DNA of 64,000 nt from an uncultured Candidatus Saccharibacteria bacterium (GTDB lineage Bacteria; Patescibacteriota; WWE3; UBA101185; UBA10185): the NCBI GenBank assembly GCA_964643995.1, contig CAZXUJ010000002.1, forward strand, positions 114,125-178,124, written 5' to 3'. A program made the position numbers and the translations under genes. The notes beneath the pieces were generated by a model. That model did not search any database, was not told the DNA's origin, and was given only the letters and a program-made list of their open reading frames with translations. Positions 20,674 through 30,018 of this stretch are shown one piece after another. Numbering within the stretch: position 1 is the first letter of the stretch; each line of letters starts with the position of its first letter.

Positions 20674-21234
20674 ATGCCGAGAATAACATCAGGAATAGCA
20701 AAAAATAGAAACATCGAAATACCTGAAATTGATAACATCAGAGTAGCTCAGGATGTTTACAAGATGTCCTTGTTTGCAATCATTGGAGATAGAATTACCG
20801 ATGCTACGTGTTTGGATTTATTCGCGGGCAGTGGAAGTTTTGGGCTTGAAGCATTAAGTCGTGGAGCCAAAAGTTGTGATTTTGTCGACGAAAGTAGACG
20901 GGCATGCCAAACAATCCAAGAAAACCTCAAAAATATGAGCCTCGAAGGTGGGGAAGTGTTTCAGGATAGTGCAGTTAAATTTGCTGCAAATACCGCAAAT
21001 ACATACGATATAGTTTTTATGGACCCTTTTTACGACGACACCAAACATAAGTTTTTACTAAAAAACCTTGAAGAGATTTTAAACCCAAACGGAGTTGTTG
21101 CCTTTTCTCATGGAGAAGGAATAAAGATTACCGAGCAAATCGAAGGAACTAATTTTAAGATTGATACGGAAAGAAGATTTGGAAGAAGTTACTTAACTAT
21201 GTTGGTATCAGGGTTGGTGTCGGAGCAACGCTAG
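20674..21234 (+). CDS. rsmD: 16S rRNA (guanine966-N2)-methyltransferase RsmD
   Basis: 'CLDLFAGSGSFGLEALSRGA' SAM-binding motif and 'DIVFMDPFY' (DPPY-like). Confidence 0.8.
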   Translation: MPRITSGIAKNRNIEIPEIDNIRVAQDVYKMSLFAIIGDRITDATCLDLFAGSGSFGLEALSRGAKSCDFVDESRRACQTIQENLKNMSLEGGEVFQDSAVKFAANTANTYDIVFMDPFYDDTKHKFLLKNLEEILNPNGVVAFSHGEGIKITEQIEGTNFKIDTERRFGRSYLTMLVSGLVSEQR

Positions 21235-21296
21235 CAAAAATATAAATATATCGAATTTTTCTGCGTAGCGTTACTCCTTATTTATATCCTTACGAT

Positions 21297-21788
21297 TTAC
21301 GGCAATGGCACCCCAGCGAGATCAAATGCCTCCATGAGCCACTGGATAATGTCACCGTTCTTCTGCAAAAAGGTTACACCATCAGGGAGATCTAGGTGAC
21401 CCATGTCTGCCGCGGACATGAGCACAATTGGCCTAATATGGACCCGAAGAATCTTTGGAATGCAGTACTCAGCACCACTTGAGTATCCATACTCATCAAC
21501 AAAATATATAGTTGTTGATTTCCTGAAGATGATATCATCGCAATCAGCCACCAACTCAGTGGTGCAACCAAGTTGTCGAAGTCCTATTTCGACCAACTCC
21601 CCCCAAGGCGCATCGTCCACAATAACTGCGCGACAACCCCCGCTAGAATTGATTTTTATCGCATGTAGCGAAAGCCATAAACTACCTAGTACTAGCAACC
21701 CAAGAAGAAGAAGATAAGCCCCTACGCGGGCTTTTCTTTCTTCATCGCCATCCCCATGACCACCGGATACTGCAATGCTTCTTGCCAT
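21297..21788 (-). CDS. hypothetical membrane-anchored protein with CheY-like receiver-type fold (orphan)
   Basis: One TM helix (AYLLLLGLLVLGSLWL), then 'RAVIVDDAP...' and 'PIVLMSAADMG', which resemble receiver-domain beta1 and beta4 signatures. Local GC is above that of neighbouring genes. Confidence 0.4.
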   Translation of the reverse strand: MARSIAVSGGHGDGDEERKARVGAYLLLLGLLVLGSLWLSLHAIKINSSGGCRAVIVDDAPWGELVEIGLRQLGCTTELVADCDDIIFRKSTTIYFVDEYGYSSGAEYCIPKILRVHIRPIVLMSAADMGHLDLPDGVTFLQKNGDIIQWLMEAFDLAGVPLP

Positions 21789-21918
21789 CTTAGTTCTCCT
21801 TACTATGTTCCGTTGATATCATCAAGACCAACCGCTTGAAGTGACCTATAATATACTATATCTACGAAATCATTGGAAATTTAGCAAGAAGTCTTCACTC
21901 TGTTATTATTAACTACAG

Positions 21919-23343
21919 ATGTTTTATAAGCATAAAAAAACCAAGATTATCGCAACTGTAGGACCTGCTTGTGCTAACAACGAAGCAATAAGAAACATGA
22001 TTAATCACGGGGTCAATGTGTTTAGATTTAACATGAAGCACGGAACAATGGAGGGACACCATAAAAACATTGATATTGTACAAGAAGAAGCTAACAAACT
22101 ACACGTCCCAATAGGCATCTTGGTAGATCTTCAAGGGCCTGAGATTAGAATCCAGACTCAAAACAAAGAGGATCTAGTCGTAACCAAAAACCAAAAAATA
22201 AAATTTGTTCAGAAGTTTGACCTTACAAGTAAAGAGCCTCAGATCAAAATAGTTCACAAATCTGTTTTTACTGCACTAGAAGAAGGGGATATGTTTTCGA
22301 TAGATAACGGATATATCCAACTAGTGGTACAACAGAGCAACAATGATAATTTTATAGCTATAGTTCAAGATGACGCAGTAATAAAAAACATGAAAAGCAT
22401 GAATCTGTTTGGGAAAGATTTAAAGCTACCCTCACTGATTAAAGACGATATTGAAAGATTGACTATAGCAGATTCGAGAAAGATTGATTATGTAGCTTTA
22501 TCTTTTGTAAGGTCTAAACGCGATCTCGATATTTTAAGAAAACACATGAAGGAGAAGGGAATTGACGCCCAGGTTGTAGCTAAAATCGAAAGTCAAGCTG
22601 CCATTGACAACATTGACGAAATCATAAAAGAGTCTGATGTAGTGATGATTGCTCGTGGAGACCTTGGTGTAGAAACACCAATAGAAAAGCTAGCCTACTA
22701 TCAAAAAATGATAATCACTAAGTGCCGTCACGCTAATACACCAGTAATTGTCGCAACTCAAATGTTGGAGTCTATGATAAACAGTCCAATTCCAACACGA
22801 GCGGAGGCAACAGATGTAGCAAATGCTGTTTTGGACGGAACAGATGCCTTGATGCTATCTGGGGAAACAGCTATTGGAAAGTACCCAGAGCGTGCTGTTA
22901 TGGAAATGTCAAAGATAGCTATGTTTAACGAAGAAAAGTCTGAAGTAGTACAGTTTGATATAAAGCCTCAAAATGCTACTGAACTTATCGTTGAAGCAGC
23001 AGAAACAATTGCTCAAAATTCCAAAGATTTGAAGATAGATCACATAGTTGTTATGACCGAAACAGGATACACCGCGAAAGTTTTATCGGTGTTCAGGCCA
23101 AAGATACCGGTTATCGCTATCACGGACCTTCAAAAAACTGTCGAGATACTTACTATGTCCTATGGTGTAAGACCTGTGAAGGTTAAGCTTCCACAAGGAA
23201 CAATGCTGACACCAAACTACATAATTAAACAACTGAAAGATCTTGAAGAGGTTGAAAAAGGCGAACTGGTCCTGTTGATACACGGACAACACTGGAAAAA
23301 ACCAGGGCAAACTAACGCCGTAGTTCTGATAACCGTAGAATAG
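21919..23343 (+). CDS. pyk: pyruvate kinase
   Basis: 'KIIATVGPA' and 'MIARGDLGVE' motifs; full-length barrel plus C-terminal domain. Confidence 0.9.
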   Translation: MFYKHKKTKIIATVGPACANNEAIRNMINHGVNVFRFNMKHGTMEGHHKNIDIVQEEANKLHVPIGILVDLQGPEIRIQTQNKEDLVVTKNQKIKFVQKFDLTSKEPQIKIVHKSVFTALEEGDMFSIDNGYIQLVVQQSNNDNFIAIVQDDAVIKNMKSMNLFGKDLKLPSLIKDDIERLTIADSRKIDYVALSFVRSKRDLDILRKHMKEKGIDAQVVAKIESQAAIDNIDEIIKESDVVMIARGDLGVETPIEKLAYYQKMIITKCRHANTPVIVATQMLESMINSPIPTRAEATDVANAVLDGTDALMLSGETAIGKYPERAVMEMSKIAMFNEEKSEVVQFDIKPQNATELIVEAAETIAQNSKDLKIDHIVVMTETGYTAKVLSVFRPKIPVIAITDLQKTVEILTMSYGVRPVKVKLPQGTMLTPNYIIKQLKDLEEVEKGELVLLIHGQHWKKPGQTNAVVLITVE

Positions 23344-23360
23344 TAAATAACCCTCCCTCA

Positions 23361-23389
23361 TTGACAAAAAATCAAATGGTTTGTATATT
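23361..23389 (+). promoter_or_regulatory. sigma70-like promoter (TTGACA-17-TATATT) upstream of rpmF
   Basis: -35 TTGACA at 23361-23366, a 17-nt spacer, -10 TATATT at 23384-23389. Confidence 0.5.
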
Positions 23390-23422
23390 GCTAATGCTTT
23401 AATTAGTTGTTAAGCTTATTTT

Positions 23423-23572
23423 ATGCCAGTACCAAAGAGAAGACATAGCAAAGGCCGCGTACGCCGAAAAAGAAATGAAAAGATGCAACAGTCTGTTGTA
23501 AATTCTATTAAGTGTAAAACCTGCGGCGCAGCAAAGTTACCACATCGTTTATGTGCAGCTTGTGGCAAGTAG
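23423..23572 (+). CDS. rpmF: 50S ribosomal protein L32 (49 aa; absent from the ORF track because it is under 60 aa)
   Basis: Translation 'MPVPKRRHSKGRVRRKRNEK...CKTCGAAKLPHRLCAACGK' carries the L32 N-terminal motif and the CxxC...CxxC zinc ribbon. Confidence 0.85.
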   Translation: MPVPKRRHSKGRVRRKRNEKMQQSVVNSIKCKTCGAAKLPHRLCAACGK

Positions 23573-23609
23573 TAGTATTGTAGTATTAAAGTAAGTTAAA
23601 GAACCTTAA

Positions 23610-24053
23610 ATGAAATCAATAAATGACCCAAGACACAACGCTAGAAGAATAGTGTTGGGAACGTTGTTTTGTGCACTCCATACTAATGTGGATGATGAGG
23701 CATGTTTGGAATTAACCAAAGAACTTTTAACACCCGAAAACATAGATGAATCCTTGACTAAAAAAATAATAAGTGGTATTAAGAAGCACCAACGCGAAAT
23801 CGACGGGATCATTGAGAAATGCGCCCCCGAATGGCCAGTTGATAAAATTGCCAAAGTCGACCTTGTGGTTTTGAGGATTGCTGTATTTGAAATTCTTTAT
23901 GACAACGAGGCGCCTGACAAAGTGGTAATCGACGAGGCTGTAGAACTTGCTAAGGAGTTTGGAAACGACACTTCAGGCAAATTCGTTAATGGCGTGCTGG
24001 GAACAGTAGTAGACATAAAAGTTTCCATACAAAAGGAGCAGACAAATGGATAA
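23610..24053 (+). CDS. nusB: transcription antitermination factor NusB
   Basis: 'PDKVVIDEAVELAKEFGNDTSGKFVNGVLG' is the NusB signature. Confidence 0.85.
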   Translation: MKSINDPRHNARRIVLGTLFCALHTNVDDEACLELTKELLTPENIDESLTKKIISGIKKHQREIDGIIEKCAPEWPVDKIAKVDLVVLRIAVFEILYDNEAPDKVVIDEAVELAKEFGNDTSGKFVNGVLGTVVDIKVSIQKEQTNG

Positions 24054-24279
24054 ACAAACAAAGGAAATAATAAATTTTATAGCAGACAGAGTCGGTGTAG
24101 AGTCTGAGGATATAACACCTGATTCTTATGTTGAAGACGATCTAAATATCGGCGAACTTGAACTTATTGAAATTTTAGAGGAACTAGAAGAGAAATACGG
24201 TGTAGAGTTAATGGACTATAAAGACGACTTTGAAACTATAAACGATATTCTTGAGCAAATAAACGAAAAGATTGACTAG
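24046..24279 (+). CDS. acyl-carrier-protein-like small acidic protein lacking the phosphopantetheine-attachment serine
   Basis: 77 aa and collinear with ACP ('SYVEDDLNIGELELIEILEELEE' against the ACP '[23 protein letters not shown]'), but the DSL motif is IGEL, so Ser is replaced by Glu. It sits immediately upstream of rnc, as acpP does in many bacteria. Confidence 0.6.
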   Translation: MDKQTKEIINFIADRVGVESEDITPDSYVEDDLNIGELELIEILEELEEKYGVELMDYKDDFETINDILEQINEKID

Positions 24280-24973
24280 TATGAGTTTTAAATCAAGCCA
24301 AGTAGAAGATGTTTTAAACATAAAGATAAAAGACATTGACTTGTTTGAAACTGCTTTTACCCATAGATCATACTTAAACGAACACCCTAACTATAAGCAC
24401 CCGTCTAATGAGAGGCTAGAGTTTTTAGGGGATGCGGTTCTACAACTAATTTCTTCAGAATATTTATATCTTCACTACGACGAGCCGGAAGGCATTCTTA
24501 CAAACTATAGATCAGCTATAGTTTGCACAAAATCTCTCGCACAAGAAGCTAAGAGGTTGGGATATGGTGAGTTTTTATATCTCTCCAAAGGTGAAGAGGC
24601 CTCTGGAGGACGTGATAGGGAATATATTCTTGCTAACACTTTCGAAGCAGTACTCGGAGCTTTATATCTTGCGGAGGGGTTGGAATTCTGTAAGAACTTT
24701 GTTGAAAAAGAGCTACTTTATAAGGTTGATGAGATTATCGAGACAGAATCCTATAAAGATGCTAAATCAAAATTTCAAGAGAAGGCACAAGAGTTAAGGA
24801 GTATAACACCTGAATATAAAGTTTTAGAAGCCTGGGGTCCAGATCATGAGAAAAGCTTTAAGGTTGGGGTTTTCTTAGGTAATGAGTTACTTGGAGAGGG
24901 AGAAGGCGCAAGCAAACAAAAAGCTGAGCAAAAAGCCGCTTTTGCTGCGTTAGACAAATTAAATAACCTTTGA
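24272..24973 (+). CDS. rnc: ribonuclease III
   Basis: RNase III signature 'ERLEFLGDAVLQL' and a C-terminal dsRBD. Confidence 0.9.
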   Translation: MTSMSFKSSQVEDVLNIKIKDIDLFETAFTHRSYLNEHPNYKHPSNERLEFLGDAVLQLISSEYLYLHYDEPEGILTNYRSAIVCTKSLAQEAKRLGYGEFLYLSKGEEASGGRDREYILANTFEAVLGALYLAEGLEFCKNFVEKELLYKVDEIIETESYKDAKSKFQEKAQELRSITPEYKVLEAWGPDHEKSFKVGVFLGNELLGEGEGASKQKAEQKAAFAALDKLNNL

Positions 24974-24989
24974 TAGAATTCAGGAGCTT

Positions 24990-25289
24990 ATGTCAGTAAC
25001 AATCAGATTAGCAAAAGTAGGAAGAAGAAATGCACCAGCATATAAAATTGTTGTTGCAAACACCCGTGATAAAAGAAACGGGAGATTTTTGGATGTCTTA
25101 GGACATTACAACCCTTCTCATAAACCTGAAACATTTGCAATCGACCAAAATAAATATCAGGAATGGCTAGCAAAAGGAGCCTTAACCTCTGCAACAGTTA
25201 CAAAACTTCGAGAAGGTAAATATACCTTTAAACCATACCGACCCCACGCTTCTAAAGACACTGAAGTAGAAAATTCTTCAGAGGCCTAA
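24990..25289 (+). CDS. rpsP: 30S ribosomal protein S16
   Basis: 'MSVTIRLAKVGRRNAPAYKIVVA' is the S16 N-terminus. Confidence 0.9.
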   Translation: MSVTIRLAKVGRRNAPAYKIVVANTRDKRNGRFLDVLGHYNPSHKPETFAIDQNKYQEWLAKGALTSATVTKLREGKYTFKPYRPHASKDTEVENSSEA

Positions 25290-25290
25290 G

Positions 25291-25518
25291 ATGCGAGAAT
25301 TTGTAGAATTTCTAGTTAAACAGATAGTTAATAAGCCCGAAGAATTAAAAGTTGATGAAGATCTCGATGGTACTGTTGTAACCATAAACATTTGTGCGAA
25401 TAAAGAAGATATGGGGTTAATAATTGGTAAAAGTGGTAAAACTATAAAAAGCATAAGAGACTTAGCTAAAGCCAAAGCTATAAAGGACAAAGTTAAGGTA
25501 TATGTTACGGTATGCTAA
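25291..25518 (+). CDS. KH-domain RNA-binding protein (YlqC/UPF0109 family)
   Basis: KH motif 'IIGKSGKTIKSIR', in the conserved rpsP-KH-(rimM)-trmD context. Confidence 0.8.
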   Translation: MREFVEFLVKQIVNKPEELKVDEDLDGTVVTINICANKEDMGLIIGKSGKTIKSIRDLAKAKAIKDKVKVYVTVC

Positions 25519-26192
25519 CTTTTGATGTACTGACCCTATTTCCCGAGCTATTTCAAAATCATTTCAATGAGCTACCTTTTAAACGAGCAATAAAGAAAGA
25601 ACTTATAGAGTGCAAGGTAACAAATCTAAGAGACTTTGCAGTAGATAAACATGGTACCGTAGATGATAAACCGTATGGTGGGGGAGTGGGAATGATATTA
25701 ATGCTCGAACCTATCTATAAAGCGCTTCACAAGATATACGATGGTCAATACAAAGATAAAAAGATAACACCACCAAAAAAGGACAAAATCATCTTTTTAA
25801 CACCAACTGGTAAAACTTACAATCAAAACAAAGCCTATGAATTAGCCGAATATAAACATTTAACATTCATTTGTGGAAGATATGAAGGGGTTGATGCGAG
25901 AATATCCGAAATTGCAGATATCGAGGAGATTTCAATAGGAGATTATGTACTTTCTGGCGGGGAATTGCCTGCATTAGTGATCATGGAAAGTATTGTGCGC
26001 CTACTTCCAGGAGTTCTTGAAGATCCAGAGGCACTGAACACTGAATCTTTCACGGAGATTTATCTAGAGCACCCGCAATATACAAGACCAGAAAACTTTC
26101 AGGGTATAAAAGTACCTGAAATACTTCTTTCAGGACACCATAAAAACATTGAACAATGGAAAAAAGATAACTCTAAAAAGCCTCAGGTGTAG
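25512..26192 (+). CDS. trmD: tRNA (guanine37-N1)-methyltransferase TrmD
   Basis: 'FDVLTLFPE' N-terminus and the SPOUT knot region 'GGYEGVDAR...SIGDYVLSGGE'. Confidence 0.9.
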   Translation: MLTFDVLTLFPELFQNHFNELPFKRAIKKELIECKVTNLRDFAVDKHGTVDDKPYGGGVGMILMLEPIYKALHKIYDGQYKDKKITPPKKDKIIFLTPTGKTYNQNKAYELAEYKHLTFICGRYEGVDARISEIADIEEISIGDYVLSGGELPALVIMESIVRLLPGVLEDPEALNTESFTEIYLEHPQYTRPENFQGIKVPEILLSGHHKNIEQWKKDNSKKPQV

Positions 26193-26961
26193 GAGGAACT
26201 TCTTCTATCACTACTTCGCCTGGTACAGGCTCTACAGGTAAATCGCTACCTGGAAGATCAGTAATATCTATAAAGTTTTCAACAGTAATATCGTAGTGTC
26301 TTAGGTTTTTTAAACGCTCCATCATTTGCTGAAAATCGTCAGCAGTTATATCAAAAGTGATAGGTTCATCGGTGTTGGCTTGGGCACTTACTTCTACATA
26401 TGGAGAAATTAACACCATGTTCGTATCAACTGTGCCAAGTTCCTCGTCAACAGTGAATCTTACGGTTGCGACATTTATTACACGAGAGGAATCTTCCAGA
26501 TTGGTCAAAAAGGTCACTACCTGATTATAGTTGCCTGCGACACTTATATTTACTGCAACAACTTGATAATTGCCAATTTTAGGGTCAACCTCACCAGTAT
26601 CGTTCAGCGCATAGCTCATGCGTGTAATTGCAAGACCTGATTCACGTGCTATCTGATCAATTTGGGTCAATAATTGAGGAACCAAAGGTTCATTAGATAA
26701 TGCTTTTGAAACCAAGACATTACTATCATCAACATTCTGTTTGAAATCTAAAAGATTATTTAGTTTTTCAACTTTATTGACTAACTGTTGGGATAAGTCC
26801 GCACGATCCTTAAGTTCTGAGTTTAGAAGAGGTATATCACTTAAAGAAGGATAGATGTATAAACCTAACAAACCAAGAGAGAGCACAAGTGCAACTAAAG
26901 GAATGATAAAATTTGCTATCGTTTGTTTAAGTCTAATACCTAATAATTCTTTTACATCCAT
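26173..26961 (-). CDS. pilO: type IV pilus assembly protein PilO-like (bitopic)
   Basis: N-terminal TM, a coiled region, a C-terminal ferredoxin-like region with alternating hydrophobics ('YQVVAVNISVAGNYNQVVTFLTNLE'), and position downstream of pilM-pilN. Confidence 0.6.
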   Translation of the reverse strand: MDVKELLGIRLKQTIANFIIPLVALVLSLGLLGLYIYPSLSDIPLLNSELKDRADLSQQLVNKVEKLNNLLDFKQNVDDSNVLVSKALSNEPLVPQLLTQIDQIARESGLAITRMSYALNDTGEVDPKIGNYQVVAVNISVAGNYNQVVTFLTNLEDSSRVINVATVRFTVDEELGTVDTNMVLISPYVEVSAQANTDEPITFDITADDFQQMMERLKNLRHYDITVENFIDITDLPGSDLPVEPVPGEVVIEEVPPTPEAF

Positions 26962-26976
26962 ATAACTGATGACCCA

Positions 26977-27567
26977 CTACTCAAAAAGTAGTGATGGGTC
27001 GTAATCCACAACAATAAAATAAGTAACTGAAAGATCTTGATTGTCTAAGTTTACTGAGTTAAGTGTTACATTTGTAAAAAGTTTTTCGAATCCAGGGTGC
27101 ACGCCGGGAAAATTCTGATCAGACAATGTATCAATAAAACGAGCGATTGATATGTAATCAAGCCCGGTACCAGACAAACTTATAGCCGAACGGTCATCAC
27201 CAACTAAAGTGAAATTATCTACCTTAACAGTGTCGGAGGGTACTCGTTTTTGTAGTTCATCTAGCAAAATAGAGTACTTATACCTAGCATCAAAAAAATT
27301 ATCCAAAACTACATATTTTGCGTCTAGTTCACGAGCAACAAGTTCTATCTCTAAAAGATTAGAAATATCCGTACGACTTTTTTCTATATTGACGTTTTGT
27401 TGGGCAATTGCTTTGTTGATTTCAGATTTGCGATACCAGTAGTAGCCACTTACACATACAACGATGACTAACAGTAGTATCGAAAATACAGAACTCATTT
27501 TAACGATACGTTCTTTACGTTGTTCTTTTTTTTCCTCTTGTGGAATTAAGTTAATGCTTTGAGACAT
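26977..27567 (-). CDS. pilN: type IV pilus assembly protein PilN
   Basis: The canonical PilN N-terminus 'INLIP', a TM helix, then a periplasmic domain. Confidence 0.7.
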   Translation of the reverse strand: MSQSINLIPQEEKKEQRKERIVKMSSVFSILLLVIVVCVSGYYWYRKSEINKAIAQQNVNIEKSRTDISNLLEIELVARELDAKYVVLDNFFDARYKYSILLDELQKRVPSDTVKVDNFTLVGDDRSAISLSGTGLDYISIARFIDTLSDQNFPGVHPGFEKLFTNVTLNSVNLDNQDLSVTYFIVVDYDPSLLFE

Positions 27568-27568
27568 A

Positions 27569-28612
27569 TTATATTTCTTTCAGTGCCAATCCAACCGCTG
27601 TTGAATAAATTGGTCCTGAGTCCATCAAGGCCTCTCTGCTGTGCTCAATCTTCTCATCTAATTTGATACTTCTCCAAGGATTCGCTAATTCGGCCTCTAC
27701 ATCAAGCTTATTTACCATGTAGGCAAGTAGTCCCGGCATCAGAGCAGTTCCGCCAGACAGTGTAACTCTATTTATGAGAACATCGGGATTATGCGTTGTG
27801 TAGTACGTCTTTGATCTGTTTAGTTCCATTAATATATTGTCAAAAACAGGTTTTATTGCTTCGTAAACCTTGCCTTCAACTTGAGTTTCGTCCAGACCAT
27901 AAGCCTTTTTATATTCCTCAGCCTGCACAGCCTCTAGACCTAAACATTTTTGAACAGCGCGAGTCAGTTCATCGCCTCCAACCGACACACTACGTGTAAA
28001 TTGTACGAAACCTTTGTAACTAATGATTAATTGTGTAGAAGCCGCACCAATGTGCACTATTATGCTGGCGCTTGGTCTTTCCGAGGTATCTCCCAGAATC
28101 CTTTCTATGGATAGTGTCTCGGGTTCTATACCTCTTGGAGTCAGCCCAGCACGTTTAATCAAATCGACATAGTTTGCTAAGACCTGATTCTTGGAGGCAA
28201 CTAGAAGAACACCCATAGTATTAGTGTCCGCAGCAGTTTGGGCATTACCACTCTGTAAGATCTGAACATCAAAAGTTACATCTGCAATGGGTATAGGAAT
28301 ATACTCTTCTGCACCTAAAGCAATGAAGTCCTTTAATTCTTTATATTCCATAACAGGCGTCGTTACCACCCGCAAAAATATATCCTGTTCAGGTAAAGCT
28401 ACTACAACGTGGGATGTGCTGAAATGGTGATCTTTTATAAAATTTTTAACAGCTTCTGCGTATGAATTTACTAAATCTTCATTAGTAAAGTTCAGTTCTA
28501 AAGGGGAACCATCGTATACTCCAAAGTTCTTCAAAATTTGCACTCCCTTGATCTTATCAAGCTCAACCGCGCAAAATCTTTCTCTTCCGATGTCGAGTCC
28601 TATAATGGGCAT
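27569..28612 (-). CDS. pilM: type IV pilus assembly ATPase-like protein PilM (actin fold)
   Basis: 'IGLDIGRERFCAVEL' actin-like phosphate-1 motif, 347 aa, followed by pilN and pilO. Confidence 0.85.
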   Translation of the reverse strand: MPIIGLDIGRERFCAVELDKIKGVQILKNFGVYDGSPLELNFTNEDLVNSYAEAVKNFIKDHHFSTSHVVVALPEQDIFLRVVTTPVMEYKELKDFIALGAEEYIPIPIADVTFDVQILQSGNAQTAADTNTMGVLLVASKNQVLANYVDLIKRAGLTPRGIEPETLSIERILGDTSERPSASIIVHIGAASTQLIISYKGFVQFTRSVSVGGDELTRAVQKCLGLEAVQAEEYKKAYGLDETQVEGKVYEAIKPVFDNILMELNRSKTYYTTHNPDVLINRVTLSGGTALMPGLLAYMVNKLDVEAELANPWRSIKLDEKIEHSREALMDSGPIYSTAVGLALKEI

Positions 28613-28646
28613 GGTTACATTCTAACAAAATTGAACGCTTAAATCA

Positions 28647-29450
28647 TTAGTTAGCTAATGGATTTATATCTGATTTTGAATATATAACGTAGTCAAATAA
28701 ATACGGGGTTTTATTAGAACCTCTTATGGCACCAATTTTTGTAGTTGTATCTAGGGAGGTTCCTGTGGATTCAATTAGGATGCCCTGGCCAGGTATAACA
28801 GCACTTGCGTGTGGGAAAACCATAACATCCACGTTTTGATACAAAGCACGCAGCCTAAGCAGTTGTGGGGAGGTTTGTGAAGAAATACCAAAGCAACTTT
28901 GATAACCATTTGCTGGTGATGCCTGAGTAAAGTTATTTGTTAACACACTGCTAGCAGAATTGTAAGCTACACTATTAGCCGAATAACTCCCAACAGTACC
29001 GTAAACTAACATACCCACTACTGACGGCAGGGGATCGAGACCCGCTTCGTTCCAACAAATAGTAAGATTAGTGTTGTTTGGATAACCTGCCAAATTTACT
29101 TCGCTTGATGAACTTTGTGACAAAGGCACCGAAAAGGGTTCAGACGAATTTCCAAGTCTAGTAAGAGTAACTGTTGCAGTTTCAACGATTCCATCGCTAT
29201 TAGTAACTTGAAGCGAACATTCAGCGCCACAGCTATTGTTTGTTATGTATGCATCAAGCTCCTGTGGAGTCTTAAGAAGCATTCTTTCTAGCAAAGCATC
29301 TGCAGCTGCCGAAGATCTATAACCTGTTTGAGTCCTTGTAACCGACCTAAGGCTTTTTATAAAACGACTGGAGGTTGCAATACCTATACTTAGCGCCAGC
29401 ACCATTACTAATACTATTATAACTAAAGTTTGTCCTCGTTCTTTGTTCAT
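28647..29450 (-). CDS. PilX-like minor pilus-associated protein (N-terminal TM, no canonical prepilin cleavage motif)
   Basis: 'MNKERGQTLVIIVLVMVLALSIGIATS' resembles a PilX_N-type N-terminus. The real start is probably the internal Met at 29450 rather than the ORF-track start. Confidence 0.4.
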   Translation of the reverse strand: MNKERGQTLVIIVLVMVLALSIGIATSSRFIKSLRSVTRTQTGYRSSAAADALLERMLLKTPQELDAYITNNSCGAECSLQVTNSDGIVETATVTLTRLGNSSEPFSVPLSQSSSSEVNLAGYPNNTNLTICWNEAGLDPLPSVVGMLVYGTVGSYSANSVAYNSASSVLTNNFTQASPANGYQSCFGISSQTSPQLLRLRALYQNVDVMVFPHASAVIPGQGILIESTGTSLDTTTKIGAIRGSNKTPYLFDYVIYSKSDINPLAN

Positions 29451-29454
29451 ATGA

Positions 29455-30015
29455 TCAATAAGTACCACGCAAAACTATAGTCTGTTCGAGTGGAACACTG
29501 CCTTGAAAACTTACACCACCAGTGGAAGCAGCCTGGAGTAAATTAAAATCAATCATAACAACATGAGGCTGGCTTTGATTCAAAACACAAATTTGACTTG
29601 AATTGTGATCAAGTTTTATACCGTTTGACTGAGTGCTATCCAAAACTGGGGAAGTAAACGAGTTAATACCATCATTTTCTGTACGACGTAAGGTACCTGC
29701 ATCGGCACCACTAGTATCAATCTGATAAGTGATCGTCACCAAACTATCATCTAATACACTATTCCTTTGGAATACTAATGTCGTGGAACATGTCCCCTGT
29801 GCAGGGCTAGTTAAGGATAATGCAACACGAAGTTCTTTTTCCATTTTTGACATCGCGATTGTTCCAGATTGCTCGATTTCGTTTGTAATTCTTGTCTTAT
29901 TGTACGTCCTTACTAAACTCAAAATGATGTCTGTAGTAAGACCAGCCGTTATAGCCAAAAGTGATATTGAGATTAACAGTTCAATTAAAGTAAAACCCTT
30001 TTCCGAGCGCTTCAT
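29455..30015 (-). CDS. prepilin-type minor pilin (pseudopilin)
   Basis: Class III signal 'MKRSEKG|FTLIELLISISL' with Glu at +5. Confidence 0.7.
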   Translation of the reverse strand: MKRSEKGFTLIELLISISLLAITAGLTTDIILSLVRTYNKTRITNEIEQSGTIAMSKMEKELRVALSLTSPAQGTCSTTLVFQRNSVLDDSLVTITYQIDTSGADAGTLRRTENDGINSFTSPVLDSTQSNGIKLDHNSSQICVLNQSQPHVVMIDFNLLQAASTGGVSFQGSVPLEQTIVLRGTY

Positions 30016-30018
30016 AAC

